Translations under genes and position numbers: made by a program | The notes under the pieces: generated by a model | What the model saw: the letters and a program-made list of their open reading frames with translations, nothing else | Databases searched by the model: none | What the model was told of the DNA's origin: nothing | DNA from: Octopus vulgaris | Lineage: Eukaryota | Reading direction: 5' to 3' | Length of the DNA stretch: 64,000 nucleotides | Assembly: GCA_951406725.2 (NCBI GenBank) | Contig: OX597815.1 | Coordinates: forward strand, 22,258,001-22,322,000 | Shown here: positions 28,720 through 42,219 of the stretch, piece after piece | Layout of the letters: each line of letters opens with the position of its first letter | Numbering within the stretch: position 1 is the first letter of the stretch

Positions 28720-29524
28720 TGTGTGTACATACATATACAGAATATCAACATCTTTTCAGCCACTGATGTTGCGAATAATCCGCAGGCTTTTTGATAATCG
28801 TTAACGACGGAAGCAGTGCTAATATGAAAAGGTAATCTTTATATCCAACTTAACGTGGACGTCTTCTTAGAACGACGAATACTGTGTTATTTGCAGCGAG
28901 AATTTGACTGACATGCGGTGACCAGACGCTTCCCACGGATGATTTCCTGTAGAATGAACTCCCGTGACATGGGAATTCCAGCGTCCATGATAAGCGATTC
29001 TCGTTTGCTACAATCTATGTGTATGCCATTTTATGCACCAAACGCTTTTATGAGAGGTTCTCTTAAGGCTGATAACGCAGTATTCGGTGTTCTGATTCAT
29101 GATAAATCGGATACAAAAAATACCTTTTGGTATTGCGTCCGTCGCTAATAATTTATACACACTCTGTGTGTGTATGTGAACCATGAAATACTTTCCTTAT
29201 GAACAGTTGTAGACTTTCCACTAAGCCCAAGCTGGATCTATATCAGTGTAGTGCTCGTACTATTATCATAAACAACGTCCAAAGCAGGCCGTTCGAGTTC
29301 TTGACCGATTCGATCCCCAACACTCTTGAACTATTTTGGTCACTTTGGTCGCTAATACAATAGCCATTCCTCCTCATTCTCTTTCTGCACACTCATCCCT
29401 CCTCTTTTCCCTGTCATCCTTGCTTGTTTTATCCTTTAATCCTTGCAGTAAAATATTCACCCGAAACTTTATTCTCAACTTTATTCTCTTGGATTCTTGC
29501 AAATACTGACGTATCAACGTTTAA

Positions 29525-29743
29525 CTCTTTAGTGTTTAAACCGGCCATATCTGGTCCAGATATTCTACATGTTTTATATTCAAACTGGCAATATCTGGCC
29601 TCTCACACCTACCCGACAATGTCATTCTAAATATAAACAATCACATCATTGAAACCTCAAAGATATAAGATAATGCATGATTAATTCAAAACATTTGAGT
29701 GGAAAAGTATTACATTTAACAGAGTAATCTGAACACTAAAGGG
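29525..29743. mobile_element. piggyBac-type MITE
   Basis: TTAA on both sides (29521-29524, 29744-29747); termini ctctttagtgttta / tgaacactaaaggg are inverted repeats. Confidence 0.7.
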
Positions 29744-30756
29744 TTAAGCTATCAACTGCAACAATCTTACAAGTCTATCAGGATCTTCCAAACATTATGG
29801 GTACTGGTCTCATTATTTTATATAGACGGAACACGAAGAAAATATGGTTGGAGATGTTACCATTCAACCGGCAGTCTTAAAAATAGACATAAAGTTTCCT
29901 GATGCCTTTGTTGCCGGAACTCTCATACACTGATCTTTGTATGAACTATTTCATATTATAAATAACTAATTTAAAATTAGTTTTACATAAAAATTAAAAG
30001 AAAAAAAAAGTTTTCTTCTCTTCTTTTTCGCTTTCTATTTTCTTTCTAAATGCTTTTGGTTAATTTCCTTTCCTAAACTTTCAACTGAACTGACGGCTTA
30101 TCTGGCAATCAACCAAGATAATGTTACAGAACTTCAGAGTGTCTGTCAATCGACAGGTTCCGTAGAGGATTAAAATGTTAAACTACGTATTTGTATTCAA
30201 TTATTATTTATTCTTCGTATTTTTTAAAAAATATTTGCATATCTTTATGTGAATTTTTTTACATACACAGATGCAGTCACACGCACACACGTATGCACGC
30301 ACACACACACACACATAACTTTGTGTATGCTTTTATGTATATGAATGAGTGCGAGTAAAAATTCGGCCAAATCAAAAGTATTGATTACTTAAAGAGGCGC
30401 AAAGCCTAAGGGTTATAAAGTAAATATGATTGCGACGCATACGCCTAACTATCTCTTCTGCCAATTACTTTACTCTATCTAATTCAATGGATCATAGCAG
30501 AAGAATTAAACTTGGTGAAATAACGTCATTTGGTCTGTGTTAGGGTAGTTAATGTGAATATAGCAAACAGGTTACATGTAGACCAACAGAGTCTTGAGGC
30601 ACCGAGTAAAATCTCGTGCAGTATTTGCTCTGGTGCTCCATTCTCTGATTTTTAAATGGCACCGAGATCAATTTTGCGTTTTATCATTTTGTGATCGATA
30701 AATCAAGTATCAGTCCATTTAAATGTGATACAAGTGTTATGTTCATATTTCTTTTA

Positions 30757-31148
30757 CTGCCTACAGGGGGCTATACACAGAGGGGACAAACAAATTAAGT
30801 CGATTATATCGACCCCAGTACGTAACTGGTACTTATTTAATCGATCCCGAAAGGATGAAAGGCAAAGTCGACCTCGGTGGAATTTGAACTCAGAACGTAG
30901 CGGCAGATGAAAGACCTAATTATTTACTACCCACAATGGGCTAAACACAGAGGGAACAAACAAGGACAGACAAACGGATTATGTCGATTATTTCGACCCC
31001 AGTGCGTAACTAGTACTTATTTAATCGATCCCGAAAGAATGAAAGGCAAAGTCGACCTCGGCGGAATTTGAACTCAGAACGTAACGTTAGACGAAATACG
31101 GCTACGCATTTTGCCCGGCGTGCTAACGTTTCTGCCAGCTCACCGCCT
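30757..31148 (-). mobile_element. SINE family B dimer
   Basis: Two tandem body units; further copies at about 9690, 26860, 27440, 31495, 32090, 33835, 36228, 52645 and 53380. Confidence 0.85.
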
Positions 31149-31850
31149 TACAAGTATTATGTTCTTGGAAAAATAACATTATATACTACAAAAAAACATT
31201 ATAACTACAAAAAAACGTAACGTAGTAGTTCGACGCATATATCTCGATTAAATAAGCATCAGATTTAGGATTGAGCGACAATAATTCTTAAAGGCCACAA
31301 TCTATTGACTGAACCAACAAAGAAATAATAAAATCTAAAATGAACATTGTAATTGATAGTATTTGTAAATCAATGTTCAAGCAGTTTACAGTTAGAACTC
31401 ATTTGTTAGTGTTAATATGCAGTCCATTGTGGTTTGAATTCATATGTGTTTATTAATGGCAAGTTGTGAATCAGCTGTTATGGTAACAGCACCATCTTTA
31501 CGTTCTGAGTTCAAATTCCACCGAGGTCGACTTTGCATTTCACCGTTTCGTGGTCGAAAAATTAAGTACCAGTTGCGTACTGAGATAGATCTAATCGATA
31601 GTCCCCCCTTCCCCAAACGTGAATGTTTTACATTTTAAAAATGCATTTTAATGAAAAATAATAGAATTTTAAACTATATATTAATAATGTTAGTATCATT
31701 TGGTATCATATATATTTGTGCATCTTTTGATAAAACATTAATAAAATTTAGTAAACTAGCATCTATATTTTCATCATTCGTATCTGTGTCAATAACTACC
31801 CATAATATTAACAGTTGGTTAATTAACATGTGTGAATGAGACTTCCTTAC

Positions 31851-31979
31851 CTTGTATGTTTTCCCAGTGATAGTCGCAAGTTGGGCAGCAAGAACGTCTG
31901 GAGGTCTGAGATTGAATATTTTGATAACTCCTCCGCTACTCACCAAAATATTACGGGCTGACAGGTCGCCATGTACCAG
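31851..31979 (-). CDS. RTK-like gene, catalytic loop and activation segment exon
   Basis: tttttcag acceptor, gtaag donor; 129 nt, phase 0-0; LVHGDLSARNILVSSGGVIKIFNLRPPDVLAAQLATITGKTYK joins in frame to ...DDMK at the same intron position as RET (MK|LVHRDLAARN). Confidence 0.93.
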
Positions 31980-32513
31980 CTGAAAAAGGAAATTAAATCT
32001 AATTCTTTTAATAATAAAAAAACAAAAACAATATACGTATAACAGTTTTTTGCAAATACTTCTATACAGCGAATATTTTTCAGTCAAAAAGACGGCGAGC
32101 TGCCAGACACGTTAGCACGCCGGGTGAAATGCTTTACGTTCCGAGTTCAAATTCCACCGAGGTCGACTTTACCTGTCAGCCTTTCGTAGTCGAAAAATTA
32201 AGTACCAGTTGCGTACTGAGATAGATCTAATCGACTGGCCCCCTTCCCCCAAATTTCAGGCCTTGTGCCTGGAGTAGAAAAGGATATTTTTAAGTCAAAG
32301 TATTATCTTTTATTCAACTAATACATTTTCCCGCATATTTATCTTAAAGAACCAATGGGTCTATAGCAAATGTCGATTTTTATCATGCTGCAAATATTAT
32401 GTTGCATTTTGTGATTAATTGTATCAATTTGTTTCAGTTGATGTCATATAAACAAGAGAAGCTTAATCCTACACTTTTACTGAACTAGCGTTTTATTCAG
32501 ATAATGTATATGG

Positions 32514-32678
32514 GGCGCAGGAGTGGCTGTGTAGTACGTAGCTTGCTTACCAACCACATGGTTTGGGGTTCACTCCCACTGCGTGGCACCTTGAGCAAGT
32601 GTCTTCTACTATAGCCTCTGGCCGACCAAAGCCTTGTAAGTGGATTTGGCAGAGGGAAACTGAAAGAAGCCTGTCGTA

Positions 32679-32723
<45 letters not shown>

Positions 32724-32916
32724 TTGTGTACATGTTTGTGTGTCTGTGTTTGTCTCCCCAACATCGTTTGACAACCGATGGTGGTGTGTTTACGTCCCCG
32801 TAACTTAGCCGTTCGGCAAAAGGAGACTGATAAAATAAGTACTATGTCGATTTGCTCGACTAAAGGCGGTGCTCCAGCATGGCTGCAGTCAAATGACTGA
32901 AACAAGTAAAAGAGAG
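32514..32916 (+). mobile_element. SINE family A
   Basis: ggcgcaggagtggctgtg head through ggcggtgctccagcatgg...gactgaaacaagtaaaag tail. Confidence 0.88.
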
Positions 32917-33073
32917 TATGATTTGAGCGAAACTCTCATTGCTTTGGCTGAGCAGACATGGTATTTTGACTATTATCACACGATATATATATATGTATAT
33001 ATATGTCCCGTCCGTGTTTTTTGTATCGTCTTCTAAATGTTTCACGTTCTTGTCCCAGTTTGTATTTTTTTAC

Positions 33074-33142
<69 letters not shown>

Positions 33143-35859
33143 ATTGTATATTACTTCATGTTTCATTTGTCTTTTGTGTGAGAAGAGCATTGCTCTATAA
33201 TTGTAGAGAAAAAGAAATACTTCTGAAGATAAAAAAGTATGTAAGTATCAACTGTTGGCAAAGTTATGTTGAATAGGTATAGAGCATATACTTATCTAAA
33301 TATCCACCAACGAATCTGTTTTTTTCTAAAATAGTCATAAATTTCATATATATGTTTGTGGATATGGATCAGTTGTAAGGGATATTGAACCAGATCATAT
33401 TATTTTTATAATAGCCTTTATGAAATTAAACCTAATTTTTGTACCCCTAGATATTTATATTAGCTTATATATAACAGCACCGGTAGCTTTACAACTTATA
33501 ATATACCTCTTAGATTATGATTAATATATATTTAGCATGTTCTATCGCCCCAGTACTCCTTTATTAAATTCCAGTAAATGCCAATGATAAATCTTCATAG
33601 ATACCATCTAATAAGTAAATATTTAAGTATGTGAATAACTATTAAACTAATTCTATGTAATTTCTTTGATGTAATGATTGCATTGTTCAATTAAATGGAG
33701 TCGCTTGAAACGATCGTACTGTATCACTTCTGGATGTCCTTGTTGCTTATTTGATTTTATACACCCCTTATTTTGAAACTGTACGGATAATTCCGCACTA
33801 ATTCTTGATGCCTCAGCAATCCCGGATGTGAGGGTAAGCCGATTATTTCGACCCCGGTGCTCGACTGGTGCTTATTTTATCGACCCTGAGTGGATGAAAG
33901 GCAAAGTCGATCTCGCCCGGATTTGAACTCAGAACATAAAGACGGATGAAATACCGCTGTGTATTTTACCTGGCGTGCTAACGATTTTGGTAGCTCCCGA
34001 TCCTCCTTGTAATATATATTACAAAATCTGGATCATAGTTGTTTGTGTTGTGTGATGTTGCACATATATTACCAGACCAAAAAAGATATGAATGGCGTAC
34101 CAGCACTTCTGTTTCGGTTGAAACGTTTGTATGTTATGATGTAAACAAGACAAAAATGTATAAAAATGGCTGATTTTATCACTAGAAATATGGTTATTGT
34201 GTGTTTTTTCCAAAGCATTATGTACTTTTTCCAGTTTTCCAGTATTTCATACATTTAGATGATGGCAAAAGTAACGTCTGGCAGTAACGCTTTTCAACCA
34301 TAAAAACGAATAGGTTACAAAGTTATTTAAATGGTGATTGATGTCCATAATACATAAGAGTGAAAAAGTTTTGCTAGGAAGTCCTATGTGGCAAGAAGAG
34401 AATTTTGTTATGCTCCATTAAATACCGTAATATAAGAGAGAACTACAAAACAACGAGATAAGTACTTTTACAGAGGTCACATGTTAAAATTGTGTGGTGC
34501 AGTATCTGACCTGTAAACAAAGTGTCTGTTAACTTACCTGATTTTACTATGGGGAAATTAGATTACAGGAATATCAGTCTCCGTCAAATAAATATCGATC
34601 ATAAAAAGTGAAGATGATACATGGTTTCTTATATCGTTTCTTTTAATACTGACGTAGTATGAAATTCAACCGCTTAGAATATAAATTGCTGCAAATTAAC
34701 TTTTATATTCAGGTAATTTACATACTATGTATACCAAGCTATTGCTCACGTCCATTATAAATACATACAAACATATATGTATACACACATACACGCACAT
34801 GCACGCACACAAACGCACAAGCGTACACGCACAAACACAAAACTATGAAACTATGCTTTGTGTTACACTGACGAATTGGCTGTCTTCTGTGTCAAATTTT
34901 ATCGTTAAATCGGCATTTTAGCCATGGACCTCCCAACTTTCTGCTAGCTTAACTTCTGAATTAAATACTTCGTTGTGTTTTAGTTTTTCCTTTTAAGACA
35001 TTAAGGCGTGGTTAGAGGAAAATTTGGTTCAGTAGGCCCTAAGACTTAATGGATTACAGTAACCAGACAAAACTTCAATGGTAGCTTGGAGAAGCACATT
35101 TCGATTCCACAGTTGCTCCTTTTTGCTAGCAACACTAATAAACACCAGATATAACTAACCCTAACATTCATCATAAAATGTAACAAGCAAATGTATAAGA
35201 AAGTATATGCAAACCCCTTTCCGACATTCATACTATACATTCACTGAAAAAAAAAAAAGAGGCGGTACGAAGCACAAACACATTAAAAACAGTCATATAC
35301 ATAACATTTTGTTACATAAGGAAACATCATTAATAAAGATGCATTATACCCAAAATAGATTATACCAATTCTGCATGGTTTACTATTGCCCATCTAACAA
35401 ATTTATTAACAAAACAAACATTTTACATCATCACGAACTACATATAGATCATAGATCATACATGCTTACCATATACGTAACGAAACAAATTCAAGATCAC
35501 CTATTTATCTGAGGACCATCATCCGTTCTCGCAAAAACTATCAATCTCACAAAAACTATCTTGCTACATGCTCAATAGCCTTCAAATATACAGTTATATC
35601 TAAAATGGATGCCAAAACGTCACTACTACACCGTCTTTACAAAACTATACAACTCGTTAATCCAGACAAATCTAGAAACGTCACATACACGCCCAAATAA
35701 TTTGATGAGACCTTGGGGTGGGATTTATGGATTAAAATGTCGTGTAATACGGCCGATGTTATTAAATATATGGAAAGGAATGTAATCCCATTTATTAAGA
35801 AAATGTGTACTTATAAATATTTTAAAATATATAAAGTAACATGTTAATATCTTCCATAT

Positions 35860-35896
<37 letters not shown>

Positions 35897-35902
35897 ACAC
35901 AC

Positions 35903-35959
<57 letters not shown>

Positions 35960-36799
35960 CACACACATATATATATACATACATACATATACACACACAT
36001 ACATACACATATACATACATAGACACACACATACAAACACACAAATACGTGCGTGCGCGTCACACACACACACACAAAACCACATATGATGAATAGCTTT
36101 TACAGTATGTAATCAACAAAAAATATTTTTAATGAAAGTTCTAGACTTCTTAACACAGCAATTAAGTATCATTTAATGAACTCATTAGTCGACAACTTTG
36201 TATTGGGGCACGTATCACCTACAAATATTTATTTCTTTATTGCTCATAGGAGCCTAAACATATAGGGGACAAACAAAGACAGACAAACGGATTAAGTCGA
36301 TTACATCGATCCCAGTGCTTAACAAGTACTTATTTAATCGATCCCGAAAGGATGAAAAGCAAGGTCGATTTCGGCGGAATTTGAACTCCGAGCGTAGCGG
36401 CAGACGAAATACCGCTAAGCATTTCGCCCGGCGTGCTAACGTTTCTACCAGCTCATCTACACATATTGTAGATAAGCAGCAACTGTTATGTTCGAATCAT
36501 GCCTGCATTGACCACTATTAGAAACAATAGGTATATGAAGTGAATGAGGTAACTGCTAGAAGTAATAGCCAAATTTCTTCAAAATCACAGACGACCATAC
36601 AATAGACATGACATAATTGAATGGTGTAGTTTTAAATACACTGTGTCATAAAATAAAATTAGATGGGCATAGCTAAAACACTTTTGATGATAATAGGTTA
36701 GCCCTGTCAGATTGGGCCAGTAACTAATAATAACAACTCAATGACAAAGACAACACATACTGTACACACACAAAATCACACATACATTTATTATATTTG

Positions 36800-37078
36800 C
36801 CGTGGTTGGACAAAATAATGGAAACACCTAGCATTATAATTTTGAAATATCTATGAAACTGTCAAACGCTTGATTATTTCCATGTTTTTTTTTTATTTAT
36901 TATTGGTGTTGCTTAATATGTTTTGCTAAAATTGCTGTTTCTTTTCAGATACCATCAGAAAAAGGTAATTAAAATTCATTAAAATAACAGATCTATCGGG
37001 CTTTCAAAGAGGTCAAATTCTTGGTGCTCGTATGGCAGGCGCTAGCATAACGAAAACAGACAAAATGTTTGGTGTATC
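36800..37078 (+). mobile_element. Tc1-like 5' fragment truncated by a SINE piece
   Basis: DLSGFQRGQILGARMAGASITKTDKMFGVS, a paired-like HTH N-terminus. Confidence 0.75.
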
Positions 37079-37274
37079 TTTATTGCCCACAGGGGGCTAA
37101 ACATAGAGGGGACAAACAAGGACAGACAAAGGGATTAAGTCGATTACATCGACCTAGTGCGTAATTGTATTCCGGGACGATCATTTTATTTTTCGCCAAA
37201 GAAAACACGGACTCTATATTTTTTCTTCACTCGTTTATTACTCTTCTTATTCTATTATTTTAACTCATGTCCAT

Positions 37275-37319
37275 TGTCCGGAAATCTTTCGTCACACATC
37301 TGTGACCTCTTCAGCTACA
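37275..37319 (-). ncRNA. Minimal hammerhead ribozyme motif next to a Penelope-like RT fragment
   Basis: Minus strand tgtag-CTGAAGA-G-GTCACA(gatg)TGTGAC-GAAA-GATT-TC-cggaca: canonical core, perfect 6-bp helix II; helix I imperfect. Confidence 0.7.
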
Positions 37320-37411
37320 CTTTTAGTCTTCGTCTGTGTTCTTGCACCAGGTACTCCATTCTGTTCTTCTAAGATGTGCATCCTTATGTGCGCATGCGTT
37401 TGTGTCCTTAT

Positions 37412-37795
37412 TTATGTGTGTTTGTGAGCTGCACTCTGTTGTTCACATTCTAACCAAAGTTCAGAACCAGGGACAGAGGGTTTATTCTTAAGGTTGCTAG
37501 TGGGGCAATCTATAGTTACCTTGATTATTTGGTGGGTGGAGTTAGCTACGTGCTGGATGCTCCTCTCGATTTCTACATTACACTTACTAGAATCTGTCCT
37601 AACTAGAATATTAATGTCATCTACATACTTACAGTAAAGTAAAACAGTTATGGATTGTTTCACTAAGGAATGCTTAAGTTTTCAGTCCCTCCAAGTCATG
37701 AAGAGGCCGGCCACATCTCCACCCACACCATTGGCTGCAACTTTAACCTGTAGGAATAGGCTCCTGTTAAACTTTACTATGTAGTTCTTGAAGAG
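37412..37795 (-). mobile_element. Penelope-like element RT fragment
   Basis: NYIVKFNRSLFLQVKG then YCKYVDDINILV and KVTIDCP; hammerhead motif about 100 bp downstream on the same strand. Confidence 0.7.
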
Positions 37796-38077
37796 CCACA
37801 ATAAAATATGCTTCAACACACGAATTCACATAAAGAATCTTGCAAACCAAATATAAAAACCAAATATATATATATATATATACAATAACTATAATGATAT
37901 AGAATATGGTACATCTTCAAAACTAACATCCTTTCATTTTACGGTATGTCATACAGCATACTTTTATGGTTACCATGTCCTAGACATTGAATACTAATTT
38001 ATGCAGTTAGACGTAACCTGGAACCTAAGTGAGCGCCTGGATGATATATCCCTCTAAACTCACGCACACACAAACAT

Positions 38078-38129
<52 letters not shown>

Positions 38130-40149
38130 ATGTATGTACATATATACACACACACGTCATATGTGATATCTATGCTTTACTGGTTCAATGTCGGTGTTTA
38201 AGAAGGTTAATCGTAGTGGAAATATTCAATGCTGCAATACTGGGCCCGATTATTGACTTGTTAACATTAATTCATATCAAATAGAATATTCTAAGGATGT
38301 TTCAGTTATGATTTCCATCCACGTAAGATAGAAAACATAAGAAGAAATGTAAAGGATTTTCTTTAGCGATTCTCAAAAATAGGGGATGATAATTTCAAGA
38401 AATATATTTACGACATGAATCTCTTCTGACCAAAGCTCAATTCACTTTGATGAGGGAAATTGAAGTAGCTTCTGCTTGGTTTTACTATTAACATACGTGC
38501 AAAAAAAAATTATGGCCTTTTTTTGCATGTAAAGGGACACCCAAAGGGATATGTATCGGTTTTATTCGACCTAACCATTATCGTGTAATGTACTGAAACC
38601 GTTTTGGATCAGTTGACAGTTTTTTTCCTGTTTTACATGAAGAAAAGTGTTAGGAATTTTTTTTTTTTTTTTTGCAAGTAACAATTTGTATTGTTAAAAA
38701 ACATAATGAGCAGAGGGAAATAACTGAAGATTGAAATAAATTAAGAGACGATGTACAGATGCACATGCGCAAAAGCAAGCATCTCAACTAGTTTAAATGT
38801 CGCTCGACTAAGAGAGAATTTCATTCAATTACCTGACTGCGATATCGAAATTCATGCTTTAGCTCTTTTGAGTTATTATTCTTGGTTTATGTTATTGTCT
38901 AATTATGCAAATTACAACAATCCAAAAGTTTTTGTAATTATTTTTCTATTTATAAAATTTTCCGTCAACAGATCAAAGCACAACTGAATTGACTCTGCTA
39001 TGCTGATGAACCCCAACAACAACGAAACATATCCCTAGATTTGCAAACAAAGATTAGTTTCGCAAATTAATTTTGGAAGATCAAATTTTTAATTTCTTGA
39101 AATAATCTCTTCTTTTTGAAAAGCGCTAGCAGTTCTTCAGTTAAGGCGAATTTTATTATTCGAGAATGTTTTTTATGTACTCCTTTCGGCACACCACTAC
39201 TTATTTAGATAAAAGAAGTATTTGTTTTTTAAGAATTCGTCTTTTAGAATACCGTGCAATATTGGAATTAAAGCATTCAAAGTTGTAGCTTAAATACGGA
39301 GTACAGTAATTCTTATTAGCCTTTTACTGTTAAATAATGCTTTACTTAATGATACATACAGTTGGTTTATTTCACTACATTTTCGCCTCGAAAAATTCAG
39401 AGGGTAAAACCTAATTATTTTAATATGGATTTACTTCCGAATCGGTATGCAGATTGATTGAATGTACATATTCCTCAATAAACTAGCATTAGTTGTTGTT
39501 CTTGTTATTCTTGATTTTACTTAGCACCCGATCAACAGCGATCGGAAAGGCACACAGCGAAAGGAATCCGAATTGCAAACTTAGTGTACATTGATAAATT
39601 AGAGACTTTATTTAAGGTAGTCTCTAATTTATGTAGCAGGTACTACAATGGCCTTTGTTCTTCGAAACTGGCTGGTTTTCTGACCCCTATTATAATGCCT
39701 TCTATTTCTCTGAGCTGCTTGGTTTTGTACTTCTTCCATTTATGAACACGCGATCAACTCGTTTCTCCATTTCTCGTCACCCTGCCTGTATCCACCCGCA
39801 AGCTCCATGCTACCCCTATGCTCAGTTCTTTCTCTCCAACTCATCTGTTTTCCAGTAGCTCTTCGTTATCCCTGTCTTCCCTGTTAATGTTGAATCGCAA
39901 CGGTTTAAACGTAACATTAACAACATCAATTTCACCAGCCTCAGAGGGCCTCCGACGATCAGATTCAGTATGAGGAACAGGATAGAGGTTTCCTTGTCTC
40001 CTGCTTGTGTTAGGGGATGTTTCATTACATGAGTTCAGCAATGCAGTGTAACACTTCATGCAATTAGCTGGTGCCTTTACCGGTTTCATTCAATGGGTTG
40101 TACCCATGCTAGGAATTATCCTTGACAAAATGGTTTTCTTTTATTTTCG

Positions 40150-40534
40150 TATTTGCTTCAGTCATCTTGACTGCGGCCATACTGGAGCACCGCCTTTATT
40201 CGAACAAATCGACCCAGGACTTATTCTTTGTAATTTGTAAGCCTAGTACTTATTCTATCGGAATCTTTACTTGAGTCGCTAGGTTACGGGAACGTAAACA
40301 CACCAACATGGGTTGTCAAGCGATGGTGTGGGGGAACAATTACAGATACACAAACATATACACATATATGTTTATATACGACGGGCTTCTTTCAGTTTCC
40401 CTCTACCAAATCCACTCACGAGGCTTTGGTCGGCCCGAGGCTACAGTAGAAGACATTTGCACAAGGTGCCACGCAGTGGGACTGAACCCAGAACCATGTG
40501 GTTGGTAAGCAAGCTACTTACCACACAGCCACTT
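40150..40534 (-). mobile_element. SINE family A
   Basis: Matches the other family A copies. Confidence 0.85.
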
Positions 40535-41035
40535 CTAACAAATTTGGAAAATATTTGCTTAAGTTTTGATAGTTCATGTCCTTTTTGATGATGTACTGGT
40601 AGTATTTAACTTCAGTTCATGTCTAATCGAGCCGTGACATGTAGCTAAATGATATAACGATTACGCATGAGCTACAGATCCATTCTTTTAGATATAGCAT
40701 GTCCTTGCCATGAAGAGATCCAGATTGCAAATTCCTATATGTAGTAGTTAATTAAATGTCACATAAAATAACAGTCCAATTTCTTGTATTTGCCACACTG
40801 TCCAGTCTTTTTATTTACGTTGTTGATTATTATTGCGATCATATCGGAATAAATTAATATTCTTTAATCTATCTTTAATATAACTTATGCGCATAAATAA
40901 ATACAGTGAAGTTTCTTAGTTACTTTATAAAGTCCAGTGTGATGTTTTACTGAGATTCTGCATTCTTTCATCTTGTTGCAACTTAGAGGGAAAAAATACA
41001 TGAGATGATATTTCAAACTTAACCTTGACATATAC

Positions 41036-41413
41036 ACTTTACTTGTTTCAGTATTTGACTGCGGCCATACTGGAGCACCACCTTTAGTCGAGGAACTCGG
41101 ACCCCGGGACTTATTCTTTGTAAGCCCAGTACTTATTCTATGGTTCTCTTTTGTCGAACCGCTAAGTTACGGGGAAGTAAACACACTAGCATCGGTTGTC
41201 AAGCAATGCTAGGGTGACAAACACAGACACACAAACATATACACACACATACATATATATATATACATATATACGACAGGCGTCTTTCAGTTTCCGTCTA
41301 CCAAATCCACTCACAAGGCATTGGTCGGCCCGGGGCTATAGCAGATGACACTTGCCCAAGATGCCACGCAGTGGGACTGAACCCGGAACCATGTGGTTGG
41401 TAAGCAAGCTATT
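41036..41413 (-). mobile_element. SINE family A
   Basis: Matches the other family A copies. Confidence 0.85.
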
Positions 41414-41663
41414 TAATGAGACATAATAATGTAGTAGGTAAAGTAATAGACTTGTCTTAGTGTATTAGTCTATCTAGTTCGGGGACAACTATTACTTTCT
41501 CTCTCATATTTAATGAGCTATTTACCACAAATATGTTCGTGGAACATACATCCTCCTTTGCAACATTTAATACTGTGCATAGAGAAGAGAAAAGTGATTA
41601 AAATTATCTTTAGACGGGAAGTCTTAGTATATTGGATAGAATGTTTTTTAGTAAAGTGCTTAC

Positions 41664-41875
41664 CTTCATATCGTCTAGATATTCCATGCCCTTGGCTATT
41701 TGCCACGAAAAAGAAAGTAAATCTCTGATTGTAATCGATACAGTTAATCCAGGTGGTGACTCGTCACCTGTATTGTTCGGATCGTCCCCTATCTGAGCTC
41801 CATCAGGTCGATGGTTTCGTAGGTAATTTACCAGGGTGCCGTTTTCACAAAATTCCATCACCAACAAAAATGGAT
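41664..41875 (-). CDS. Receptor tyrosine kinase-like (RET/FGFR-like) gene, kinase exon covering hinge, kinase insert and alphaE
   Basis: ttcag acceptor and gtaag donor; 212 nt (phase 1 to phase 0) encoding PFLLVMEFCENGTLVNYLRNHRP...ITIRDLLSFSWQIAKGMEYLDDMK, closely resembling RET [20 protein letters not shown]. Confidence 0.93.
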
Positions 41876-42219
41876 CTGAAGAAGATAAACATGATTACGA
41901 AAAAGTTACATTTTAATTTTTAATAACCCTGAGAGCTCACATTAATATCATTAATAATGTTGATGATATCAGTGAGAAGAACAAAACCACAGATGGCCTC
42001 ACTTGTTGTCATGGTAGCAGTATATAATGGGTGGATGGTAGGCAAGGGCATGATCACATAATTTAGATTCCTTATGACTCATATTCTGTCTTGATAAAAT
42101 GCAGGAGAATTTGAAAATAATACTGCTAGCAACAGGAAAATTCATCACTTACGTAATATCCGTACTCTTTTCAGACTTACACTGCATTACTTCAAGAAGC
42201 CTGTTTACTGTAGAATGTC

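Noticed and set aside
38998-39038. CTGATGA...GAAA-CATA-TC with partial helix I
   Set aside because: Helix II cannot pair; kept only as a decayed relic.
39655-40089. Cluster of overlapping short ORFs with higher GC
   Set aside because: No recognisable motifs or splice-compatible role; probably an old transposon remnant.
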